From Rhizophagus irregularis (lineage: Eukaryota): a stretch of 64,000 nucleotides of DNA. Made by a program: the position numbers and the translations under genes. The notes beneath the pieces were generated by a model that saw only the letters and a program-made list of their open reading frames with translations, was not told the DNA's origin and searched no databases. Each line of letters starts with the position of its first letter. Within the stretch, counting starts at the first letter, position 1. This document shows, in pieces, positions 13,790 to 25,346 of the stretch. Location: positions 1,364,001-1,428,000 of the forward strand of contig NC_089435.1 in NCBI RefSeq assembly GCF_026210795.1. Direction: 5' to 3'.

Positions 13790-14331
13790 CATTCAATGGC
13801 CGTCCGGACACGTGATCAATGATCTGCATATACACTGTATTACGACTATTACGTAGACTTCAACCATTGTAACACCTAAGCCCATGATAAATCATGTTTG
13901 CCACCTTAGGTATTAACAAAATTACTCTTTATTAATAATATAAATAAATACAATAATATTCTTGGTTTAATAATATCACATGATAAATAGAATAATTATA
14001 TTAAAATATATTTTCTTCCATTCGTAACTCTAGAATTGTAACTTATATTTTTGGGAAGTTATATCATTACCCCTATTTATAGTTGTTTATGTTTCACCAA
14101 ATTCATAATTTAAGTCATGGACTTTTAACTTTGACATTTCCATGAGATTATCTTTATAAATTTTGAGATCCATGAATTTTTAATCCTTAATTATTTCCAT
14201 CTATAATGATCATCATTACCCCCTTAATTATGATTCATAATAAATAGTACCCTAACGTTATGATCTACGAATTGGTCACCTGATATTTCAAATCACTTGA
14301 TTTTAATGATCTACTAGTTTATTGTCATTGC

Positions 14332-16836
14332 GGACAAAAACTCTTTCCCCTTTCCATTTTTTCACATAGAAATCCGCAGTTAAATACTGTTTTTTTTACT
14401 TACCCTTTTTTACGTTTGTTAACGCTCGAGAAGAAAGAGGACCACTGGGTGGCCTCTTATGGAAAGGTTCTTCTCCTTATTACCCGACCTTTGAAAGCAG
14501 TTTTTATGATAAAATATTTTTTTTATCTCACACCCATATACATATTGAAAAATATGGCTTCTTTTTTTCCTAAACATATTTCCTTGGGAAAATTTTCTTT
14601 CGATGTCTCATTCCACAAATTTCACGTGACTAGACCCAAACGGGCTGGATGTAACAAGATTTATGAAATCAGGAGATCAAAAAGTTTCTTTTTTGAGCTA
14701 GTCAATCCCTCAACAAACACCAATGATATTCATCTTAAAATACACACAAATGATTATCACATGAAATCGACCCCTATTAGCTACTCTTCCACCTGTAGCT
14801 TTCCTAATCTGAAATACCAGATTAGTAAGATGTTACAACATTTTTTTTCCCATCAAAAAGTCATCCCCCGATCTATTCAAAAGAAATATTTTAATCTTAT
14901 TCGTTCCAAATTACTTGATAGATATTTTCTTATCAAATCACGTGCTGACACAGTCACACAAAGAAATTCCCGCACAAAAACTTTCTTTAATTTTTCTTAT
15001 AAACGTTATCGTTTTTACTTTGGTATTTTCACACCATGTAACTTCTCCATTACTCACAATTTTGGAAGTGAACACACACAGTTGTGTAGTGTCCCCTCTC
15101 CCTTCATTATGTCTCATAATAGACGAGCCTGCGTTTCTCATCATAAAAATTTAGACATTTTTCATAATGTCAAGAAACACACCCCGTTATTGACCCATAA
15201 TGACACTATTAACCACAAAGAAGCTCACGCATTGCGCACTTATTTCAATTGGAAACATGGCACGAAAAAACACGTTTACTCAAATCGCTTAGGCATTTCG
15301 TACGATGTCTCGTACTTAGCGAACATATATAACCATTTCAACACGCAGAAAAAACACCTTATGTACCGTAAACGGTTAGATAATTTCCGTTCACACCATT
15401 CCGACAATAGTAAAAGGAGTAACAAACAAAAATCCCGCTTTCAGCGGGCATGTAGATCGGTTTTCTACAATCGTGGTAATAACAAAAAGTCACAGAGACG
15501 TGTGGATAGTCTTGAAGAAAAACTTCAGCGTGCTAGACAACACCGTTTTCTATTTTTACCTTCACAGCATATTAACAAACCTATACAACATGTGAATTAC
15601 CATAACCCGTTCCGCCGACCCGCTCCACGTTATCCAAGGGACGATTCAATTAGTACGACAAGTACTAGCTCGCCTGCCACCAATTCACAACCCGTTCCCG
15701 TCGAAGATGAGAACATTTGGCACGACAAGCTGGGTATTTGGATTCCTAACAGTCTCCTTCCTTACGTAACTGACGAACCTGTTTATATTTCTAAAAGACA
15801 GGCCAAACTCAAAGGTCAACATTTTACGCCAGGCTGTGCGTATTGGTTAGATGGTATTAAAAAGCGTAAAGAAGCTCATGAATTAGCTTTACGTCAACAA
15901 AAAGATCAAGAAGCACATGATAATGCTCGCCTCACTCTTGAAAAAGAACTTTCCGCCAGAGCTCAACTCTGGGGTACCTCTATCAACCGTATAGAATATC
16001 GTGAAGATATGACGAAAGACCTCACCAGTTTCCAGGATCATTATCACAAGAAAATCACGCCTCTGATTGAGCGTCGTGCTGTTCTAGAGAACAGGCTTAA
16101 ACAGGGAAAAAACATTTTCAAAACTAACAAACAATTACTCCAGTTAGAACAGGAGCTTGGTCGTTTTAATATCGACTATTTCTCAGTCATGAACATTGAT
16201 GACTACCATTATCGTTATAAAGGACACACATCCGATGATGCGAAACAACTTGAAATCAGACCACATAAACGTCCTCCTGTCTCGACTATAATTGCAGACA
16301 GGCACACCACCCACAACAAGAAATTGAGACTAGATATTCTCTCTTCAGCAGACTTTAAAGTCTCCGCCTCACTTTAACAATTTTTAGATCACCTATCAGC
16401 TTATCTTTTATTTTTAGTGGCACGCTGATAGTCATAGTTTACGTTATACCTAGCCACTTTTTTTTATTTTTTTTGACTAGTATTTTATTACATCTTTTTT
16501 TTTGGGTAACCCCACGTACACCTTTTTAACAACGTACAACAATAAGAATAGTGTGAACCATTCCACCTCTTACAGTATTAACAGGTGGCGGTCTTTTCGA
16601 CCGAAAGAAAAATATGGGTCTATGTTTAGATTGCCTTTTCTTTGGTCCATTGGGATGTGATGTCATGTTAGGGACTCCTCCGGGTTCGTTAAAGGTACCA
16701 GAGTGGCGCTGTCCTCGGGCGGTTTGATTATAGCTTAGTATTAGATAGCGTTCGACTTTTGTTTTATCTTTTGTTCTTGTCTATCTTTCTGTAATCTTGT
16801 TCACGTGGTTTTTAAAAATAAAAATAAAAATAAAAA
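14332..16836 (+). mobile_element. Non-LTR-type retroposon lacking reverse transcriptase, with a single ORF, (AAAAT)n tail and 11-bp TSD
   Basis: TSD ATTGTCATTGC at 14321-14331 and 16837-16847; tail AAAAATAAAAATAAAAATAAAAA; cleanly interrupts a solo LTR; visibly more GC-rich than the flanks. Confidence 0.9.
14554..16377 (+). CDS. Intronless, basic (K/R/H-rich) ~607-aa protein of unknown function with a C-terminal coiled-coil-like region; sole ORF of the retroposon (ORF open from 14416)
   Basis: Uninterrupted 653-codon ORF; likely start MASFF at 14554; homologous degenerate copy at 7726-8473; no RT, endonuclease or CCHC motif seen. Confidence 0.8.
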   Translation: MASFFPKHISLGKFSFDVSFHKFHVTRPKRAGCNKIYEIRRSKSFFFELVNPSTNTNDIHLKIHTNDYHMKSTPISYSSTCSFPNLKYQISKMLQHFFSHQKVIPRSIQKKYFNLIRSKLLDRYFLIKSRADTVTQRNSRTKTFFNFSYKRYRFYFGIFTPCNFSITHNFGSEHTQLCSVPSPFIMSHNRRACVSHHKNLDIFHNVKKHTPLLTHNDTINHKEAHALRTYFNWKHGTKKHVYSNRLGISYDVSYLANIYNHFNTQKKHLMYRKRLDNFRSHHSDNSKRSNKQKSRFQRACRSVFYNRGNNKKSQRRVDSLEEKLQRARQHRFLFLPSQHINKPIQHVNYHNPFRRPAPRYPRDDSISTTSTSSPATNSQPVPVEDENIWHDKLGIWIPNSLLPYVTDEPVYISKRQAKLKGQHFTPGCAYWLDGIKKRKEAHELALRQQKDQEAHDNARLTLEKELSARAQLWGTSINRIEYREDMTKDLTSFQDHYHKKITPLIERRAVLENRLKQGKNIFKTNKQLLQLEQELGRFNIDYFSVMNIDDYHYRYKGHTSDDAKQLEIRPHKRPPVSTIIADRHTTHNKKLRLDILSSADFKVSASL

Positions 16837-17399
16837 ATTGTCATTGCAAACCAATTATCCTCATGGCTAGTAGTTTAACGTCTTTTCGGACCAATATTTA
16901 TCCTTAAGTCATATGATTGTTAGTTTAACGTCATCCTGGACCAATTAAAAATACAATTTTAAACTAGAAATTTATATACTAAGATTAAATATAATACTGC
17001 GCCCCACAATTATTAAATTTACTAGATAAGCTACGGCATTACACCATGCAATGTTCGTCCGTCCAGAACGTGATCTATATTAAGCACAAAATTTTCTTGC
17101 AGTACCAGCTTAAGGTATAGTTAGGAAAATATTTTGGGTAAGGATAGGAAGGCGATTTAGGAAAGAATGATTTATAATTCTGGAAACTTTGTAAGATATC
17201 CAAGTAAAAATTTTTACTTTAAAATGTTTACAAAACTCTCAGAATCCTATTGAATCCCTAATAAATGAGGTACGATATTTATAAGTATATGTTTTGATTT
17301 TTTTTTTTTTATCATAATTCATTAATTTCTTGAAATTAGAGAAATAATATTTAAATTAACAATTTTGAATCAATTACATATTCCATCAATATTTCTATA

Positions 17400-17785
17400 T
17401 CTAGGAAGAAAAAATATAACTACTTGGTTCAATATTAGAATACAATATTGCAGAATACTTTCTATTATTTTAAAATCATCGTCTGACCAAGTTGTAGGAT
17501 CCAAAAGAAGTATAGGATTTTTATAATTCCCCATTTTTAATATGTGTTCCCAAATTTCAATTTCTTACTTTCATTTGTAAATCATATCTTTTAATAAGTG
17601 AAACCAAAGATTTTTCAGGAAGTGAAATAAAATCAAATGATTTAAATATATTTTCGGGTGATTTAGCCATTAAATCTGTACAAATTAAATAATCTTGTAA
17701 ATGATCAACTAATTCTTGAAGAAATAGTTCATTAGCGGCGACCATGTTCATTTAATGAAAATATCCATCACAAATATACCTACAT
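17400..17785 (-). pseudogene. BTB/BACK-domain gene remnant
   Basis: VAANELFLQELVDHLQDYLI..CTDLMAKSPENIFKSFDFISLPEKSLVSLIKRYDLQMK, continuing frameshifted as EIWEHILKWG; internal deletions relative to the BTB genes at 38888 and 48462. Confidence 0.75.
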
Positions 17786-20772
17786 TTTTTTTTTATAATT
17801 AGCAACACATTTTATTAATCATGAAACACGAAAAGGTACATAATTTTTTTAAAATACATAGAGACATTGGTTAATTATATTAACGATAACCCTATAACTA
17901 ACCTATCTTAACCACTATAAATAAACACGCTCTAATTTACTCTATGCACCAGACTACGCCATCAATTATTTAATTATCTATACTAATTTATACCCAAGGA
18001 CGGAATCTTCCTAAAAGACCAAATCCAGGCTCCATGGACTAGAGCACCCGCAGGTGGGTGATACGCGACAAGAACAACCCTCGTTTCACACGTCTCAACG
18101 TTTCGTGATGGCTAAATAAAATTCCGTTTGTTGATCGTTACGCCCACTGTCCGCTGATCAACCGATGTTGCAACCGCTCTCCAAAATAATTGGTTCTTCG
18201 GAAAAAAATTTATTTCCTTTTATTCTCCGTCTGCCACCGCCCGTTTCACACCAAGACAAAAAGAGATTATAGAGGGATTTTTTTATATCATTGATGAACC
18301 ACTCCATTTTTTTTTTTAAAAAAAAAGATAAAACTGACGCCTTTATTTATTTATGGCAAACGTGACCAACAGCCTATTTTATGTAACGTATTAACAATTA
18401 TAGTTCATGCTTCACAATAATAAGGGTTATGAATTTGATTATTGTCTTCCGCACCATATATGTTAAGTGCGGATAATAGAGTGAACAGTTGATAACTGTG
18501 TAACTCTACAATAATAATGATATTATAATCAAAAATTTCTAAATTACCATTTTAAAGAATTTCAAAGTGTTTCTTATATAAAGTTCACTCAACCCTCGAA
18601 TCTAAAACTTATCAAATTCATCATTATCATAATAAACTTGTTTAGTTTTTTCCAAAATTACCAAATTTCAATCGAATGTAAAAATTTTTCACATCATCTT
18701 TGTCTTTGCGAATGAATTTAATAAACAATAAAAAGGAAGATAAGGTACATAATTAAATTACAAAATTTTTATTCGAATAAATAAAGAAGAAAATAAATAA
18801 ATTTTAAAAATATCATTATAAAACATTTTTAACGAAATGATGAATTATTGTAAAGGTTCATGTATTTACAAAATGTGAAACAAAATTTCCAATTAAAAGA
18901 TAAATATAGGTTTTGGACAGTATCCGTTTTTTTAACTAATAACATATTTATGATATTCACCAATACGGATACTATTTAATTTCAAATAATCTAATTATTC
19001 CGATAATCCAGTAGAATAATTTAATCAATTTGCTCAATTATCATTACGACAAGAAAAGGATTTAAGATTTAAAAGCATTGATTATTTCATGAAATAAAGT
19101 TTATTTGATATTTATAATCAAATAGAATAAAAAGTGAAATAAAATTTGTATTATTATTAATAAATAATCTTAATAATTCATTTTTAATCATAGATATGAA
19201 TTTCGTCTAAAAGTTGTAGATTTAAATGTCTCCATAATTAAATGAAAGCGTCTGATAAATTTCATTATCAAAATATCTCTAGATTCTTTAGAAAATGCGA
19301 AAGTACTACACTAAATATTATATTTTGTGCCTTTCAGTTAAAATAACTAGTCTAAGTAGTTTCCATGATCATTTAAGTGTAAATAACTTGTTTTAGGCAT
19401 CATAATTACGAAAATCAGGATGATGTCAAATTGTCAAATCAATTATTTAATTTAACTCTACATATGACTAGTGTATTTTAATTCAGTCAATAATGATTGA
19501 AAGTATTGTATTGTGATTTGTGACTAACTATTATTAAATGATCTTTATTTTTACGTTATCTAAAACAGGAACTGGCTCATGATTCACCTGATTCATGTGA
19601 TACACCCTGCAAAGTCAACTTACATCATTTGTTTACATTTATTTAAAAAAACTTTTTTTTCACATTTCTTTCTTTATTTTTTTTCTCACGTTTATTTTAA
19701 TATTTCTTTTCTCAGTTAATTTTTTTATTCTTTCCAACGTGAAAGTATATTGGTTTCTTACTTAGAAAAAGCGTAACTATTGTCTGATATATTGTTCCAA
19801 AGTTTTGAGTCCTCATTCATCGATTGTAAATATTTTATGAAAGAAAAATATTTTATTGATTTGATTTAAAATCATGTGATCGATTTTTTTTTTTTGATCA
19901 ATCTTAAAAATTTTTTTTTAAGTCAGAAGCTTCTAAACCATTAAAATAAAATAAAAATTATTACTCATAAAAAATAAAAATTTTTAGTAAGATCCGCACC
20001 CTTCAAATCAACAAGCATGTGAATTGTGATGTCCGGACTCCGGATAATGAAAACAAATCTATAATGAGTTACTGAAAAGTATGTTTTAACTAAAATTAGA
20101 AATCTCGTCGATTAATATATGTATCTTGATACAACAGATTAATAAAGAAATGCAAAAAAAAAAAAATTTCATCGATTATTATTTTCTAAATATTTTTTTT
20201 TCCGATGCTTTGATCTGCATTATTGATTAATGTTGGACAAGAAATAATGAAACATGCTTAAAATCAAAATTTGAATTACAGTGATGGCGCATGGACTGGT
20301 ATAAGCAATTAGAATTTGTTTGTTCTGAACTTGAAGTTAATAATAATTTTCTTTTAACATTTATTTTTAAAAAGTTTTTATATATTTATCCTTTATTAAA
20401 TTTTAAAGTATATGATGTCCACGAATTTTTTTTTTTTAATGCTATATGTGTATAACATGATTTTAATTTATAATAATTTATTTATTATTATACGTAACGT
20501 CAAATTTCCAAGAATACTATTGAATCATCACATAATAACCAGAAATAAAAGCGAAATAATCCATTTAAAAATAATGGTTTTTGTACACTTATCAAGTTTT
20601 ATTTGTGAAAATATTAAATTTATACTCATTATCCAAATTTAATTTAATAAAATTGTTTCTTATAATATTAAGACTTTCAAAGACTTTTAAAAAAATTAAA
20701 CTTGTTCATTATTTTTACATTAAATATTTTTTTAAAAGTGATTACTTATTTTATTGGTATAGTTTATTTTAA

Positions 20773-20815
20773 CTCAACGCAGATCAGAGCGCCGGAAAAA
20801 ATATGGCCCGAAAAA
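20773..20815 (+). promoter_or_regulatory. Conserved upstream block of Sel1-kinase genes (second copy at 51854..51896)
   Basis: CTCAACGCAGATCAG.GC...GAAAAA..TATGG.CCGAAAAA about 200 bp upstream of both ATGs (20979, 52055). Confidence 0.5.
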
Positions 20816-20978
20816 TTTTTTTAGTGTAACATCTGCTTTAGGTTAAAATATTCCTTTTTAGTAAGTAGTTACCCATTCAATGGCATACTGAATAAAAGAA
20901 AAGCTTTTAGTCTAAAAAAAAGTTTAAAAAAAAATTTAAAAATTTTTTTCGGTAAAAATAAATTTCTAAAATAACTAA

Positions 20979-23900
20979 ATGGAAACTAATTTGAGCAATT
21001 TAAATATCTCAAACAAAGATACTGATACAATAAACAACGAAAATTGTTTATATTGTAATAAACCTTTTATTGAAGAATTATGGTGTAAAGAATGTATTAG
21101 TTCTTTGGAAAAATTAGCCGAAAATGGTGATAAAGTAGCAATGTTTAATTTAGCTAATAAATATAGAGATGGGGAAGGAGCAAAAAAGAATTTAGAAAAA
21201 GCATTTTGTTTATATCAAAATGCAGCAGAAAAAAATCATATTGAAGCAATGTTTAATCTAGCCAAAAGGTATTACAATGGAGAAGGAACAGAAAAGAATT
21301 TAGAAAAAGCCTTCTATTGGTATCAAAAAGCAGCAGAAAATGGTTATGAAAAAGCAATGCATAATTTAGCCATATGTTATGTAAATGGAGAAGGAACAGA
21401 AAAGAATTTAGAAAAAGCCTTTTATTGGTATCAAAAAGCAGCAGAAAATGGTTTAACTAATTCAATGCATAATTTAGCCTTATGTTATGTGAATGGAGTA
21501 GGAACAGAAAAGAATTTAGAAAAAGCCTTTTATTGGTATCAAAAAGCAGAAGAAAATGGTTTCACTAATGCAATGTATAGTTTAGCTATATGTTATTACA
21601 ATGGAGAAGGAACAGAAAAGAATTTAGAAAAAGCCTTTTATTGGTATCAAAAAGCAGCAGAAAATGGTTTCACTAATTCAATGCATAATTTAGCCTTATG
21701 TTATGTAAATGGAGAAGGAACAGAAAAGAATTTAGAAAAAGCCTTTTATTGGTATCAAAAAGCAGCAGAAAATGGAGATGAAAAAGCTATGTTTGGTTTA
21801 GCCATATGTTATAGAAATGGAGAAGGAACAGATAAGAATTTAGAAAAAGCCTTTTATTGGTACCAAAAAGCAGCAGAAAATAGAGATGAAAAAGCTATGT
21901 TTGATTTAGCCATATGCTATAAAAATGGAGAAAGAACAGAAAAGAATTTAGAAAAAGCCTTTTATTGGTACCAAAATGCAGCAGAAAAAAATCATATTGA
22001 AGCAATGCATAATTTAGCCCTTTGTTATTACAATGGAGAAGGAACAGAAAAGAATTTAGAAAAAGCCTTTTATTGGTATCAAAAAGCAGCAGAAAATGGT
22101 GTTAAAGAGGCAATGCATAATTTAGCCTTACGTTATGAAAATGGAGAAGGAACAGAAAAAAAATTAGAAAAAGCCTTTTATTGGTATCAAAAAGCAGCAG
22201 AAAATGGTTTCACTAAAGCAATGCATAATTTAGCCATATGTTATTACAATGGAGAAGGAACAGAAAAGAATTTAGAAAAAGCCTTTTATTGGTATCAAAA
22301 AGCAGCAGAAAATGGTTCCACTAATGCAATGCATGATTTAGCTGTATGTTATTACAATGAAGAAGGAACAGAAAAGAATTTAGAAAAAGCCTTTTATTGG
22401 TATCAAAAAGCAGCAGAAAATGATTTAGCTGATTCAATGAATAATTTAGCTGTATGTTATTACAGTGGAAAAGGAACAGAACAAAATTTAGAAAAAGCAT
22501 TTTATTGGTATCAAAAAGCAGCAGAAAATGGTTTCACTAAAGCAATGCATAATTTAGCCATATGTTATTACAATGGAGAAGGAACAGAAAAGAATTTAGA
22601 AAAAGCCTTTTATTGGTATCAAAAATCAGCAGAAAATGGTTTCACTAATTCAATGTATAATTTAGCCTTTTGTTATTACAATGGATTAGGAATAGAAAAG
22701 AATTTAGAAAAAGCCTTTTATTGGCGTCAAAAAGCAACAGAAAGTAACAAAATAGATTTTAAAGAAGAAGTTGAATCATGCAATATATGCAAACAGCTAT
22801 ATACTAATTATCAGTGGTGTCAACAATGTAATGTCAAACAATTTCAACATGATTTTTCAAAGTGGACCAGTAAAAATGAATTTATTGATGAATTTATTCA
22901 AGAAGCACAACTAAATGCCAAAAATAGTTATGAAATTTTAGAATGGATACCTTATAATAAATTGACAAATATTAATTATCATGCTAAAGGAGGATTTAGT
23001 GAAATTCATAAAGCTATCTGGTTAGATGGTCCTATTTTTAGTTGGAATTTTGACAAACAACAATGGAATAGACAATTAGGTTATGAGGTTATTCTTAAAA
23101 CACTTAATAATTCATCAAGTTTAAATAGTAAATTTCTGGATGAGGTATATCTATTATTTATATTTATTAGCAAATTTTTTTTCTTTTACAAAAATTAATT
23201 TTGTTTTATTATTTATACAGTGGAAATATCATTATAATTGTCAGAAAAAATCATTTTCAAAATTTATTCAATTTTTTGGATGTACCCAAGATCCAAATAA
23301 TTTAAATTATATAATAGTAATGAGTTATGCAAAAAAAGGATGTTTAAGAAAATGTTTATTTGATATAATTAGATTTAAATGGCAAGAAAAGTTACAATTA
23401 TTGAGAAAAATTGTATTAGGGCTCAAAGTAATTCATGAATCAAATTTAACTCATGGTGATTTTCATGATGGTAATATTTTAATATCAGATAATTACAATG
23501 AGTTATTTATTATTGATTTAGGATTATGTAAACCTATAAATGATTTACAAGATTCTGACAATAAAATTAAAGAAATTTATGGAGTTTTACCTTATATGGC
23601 ACCTGAAACATTAAGACAAAAACCCTATACACCAGCAAGTGATATTTACAGTTTTTCAATGATAATGTGGGAATTTACATCAGGTATTCCTCCATTTAAT
23701 CATGTAGCACATGATCATCACCTTATTTTGAGTGTCTGTGAAGGGAAACGCCCTGAAATTGTTGAAAATACTCCAAAATGTTATATAGATTTAATGAAAA
23801 AATGTTGGGATTCAGATCCTTCCAATAGACCAACCATAACAATGCTTGAAGATATTATATCTGAGTGGATTAGATGTATTAATGAATATTATAGAATAAA

Positions 23901-24117
23901 CAGGGATGGAAATTATAAATTTGAAGTATCTAATATTGATAATAAATTAAAAGATGATATGTTTGAATTTATAAAAGCAAACAAAACTTTAGTAGAAGAG
24001 CAAGCAAGTGCTTCTATTATACAATCTCATACACAAGCATATTATACAAGCCGTAAACTTACTGAAATCTTAGTTCAAGAAAAGTCCGATTGTTTTGAAT
24101 GTATGGTTAAAATTTAA
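20979..24117 (+). CDS. Sel1-repeat (~15 x 36 aa) plus TKL protein kinase, ~1020 aa; exons 20979..23144 and 23221..24117
   Basis: 108-nt Sel1 repeats; GT-AG intron 23145..23220 in phase; VILK, HGDFHDGN, DLG, MAPE, SDIYSF motifs. Confidence 0.93.
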
Positions 24118-24498
24118 TAATTCTGTTATTTATTCTTTATTTGTTGTACTATTTGTCAGTCATTATATTTCAATTTTTACTATAAAATAAATATTTAAAT
24201 ACAGATATAATAATTATCAAAATAATCTTTATTATAATTTTTATTTGAAATTTGAAATTTATGTTTAATATTCATATCCATACTTTAAGATTAAGAACTT
24301 ACCAGTATAATTTATTGCCTTAAAAAAATATTATAATTATATTTCATAGACTATGGATTCTTAAAATATAATCATAAAGTTCATTTATTGAAGTTGTATC
24401 ATCAATACCATCTTTTAAAACAGCTTGGATTATTACTTATTTCTATTTCCTTTTTAATTAAGATTGATAAACTAAACTTATATTTGGCCAATCCCTAT

Positions 24499-25346
24499 TA
24501 GTGCTCCGCAAAATTCGGGTCTAACCCGGATAATTCAACCCGAGTGAATTTTAAATCGGGTCGGTACTAACAATTTTAATAACCCGTGACCCGCATGACC
24601 CGACCCGTCGGGTCGGGTTATTCATTTCCTTGACTCGGGTTTTGACCCGAATTAGACCCGAATGATCATTAAAATCACTGATCACATATTGATTACGCGT
24701 TAATATTGATTAATTTTATATAATTTTGTTAGATGAATGAGGTAGTATAGCGAAAATTGCTAGAGACACCTTGCAATTACAGATATGTGTATGAATTATT
24801 ATTATTAATTATTAATATTACATTAACTAATAAGTTGATTTTGATAATTAATAAAGCAACCAGCGTTCCAGTAGAAAGAGTATTTTCCGGTGGAACCGAT
24901 TTGATAGCTGCAAAAAGATGTAGTCTTAAAGCAGATACAATTAGAGCATGCATGTGTTTAGAGTCCTGGCAGACACAAAATATAGTCAAATTTCTGTTAA
25001 AGCAAGTGATACAATTTCGATTTTATAGTTCAAATATAAAGCAATAAATAAACAGGAATTGAAGATATCTTTAAATTCGTGCTTAGCTTTAGTTTAATAA
25101 TAAAAAGTTATATGATCATCTTTTAGATCAATTACCTTGCATTATTGAAAAAATTATGTTTGAAAAAATATTTTTGACATATTACTAAGCATACAGCAAT
25201 GAAAATTACTAAAATTTCGGGTTTAACCCGGGTTATTCGAATTAAATATACTCGGGTCGGGTTAAAATCGGATCATTTCTATTTTTGCCGGGTCGAGTCG
25301 GATATATTCTCCAAACCCGACTGAATCCGACCCGGTAGGAGCACTA
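24499..25346 (+). mobile_element. Non-autonomous hAT element retaining the C-terminal dimerisation domain
   Basis: TIR TAGTGCTCC/GGAGCACTA; 8-bp TSD ATCCCTAT; ACCCG subterminal repeats; ATSVPVERVFSGG...KRCSL..DTIRACMCLESW. Confidence 0.92.

Larger units (their letters stand above)
13868..17043 (-). mobile_element. Solo LTR (~660 bp net) of the same family as the 41199..47152 element, split by the retroposon at 14332..16836
   Basis: TGTAACACC...GGCATTACA ends homologous to the 656-bp LTRs; 4-bp TSD CCAT (13864-13867, 17044-17047). Confidence 0.9.

Noticed and set aside
16582..16608. Hammerhead ribozyme (stem followed by GAAA)
   Set aside because: Upstream core is CAGGTGG rather than CTGANGA, and no stem I/III with a UH site was found
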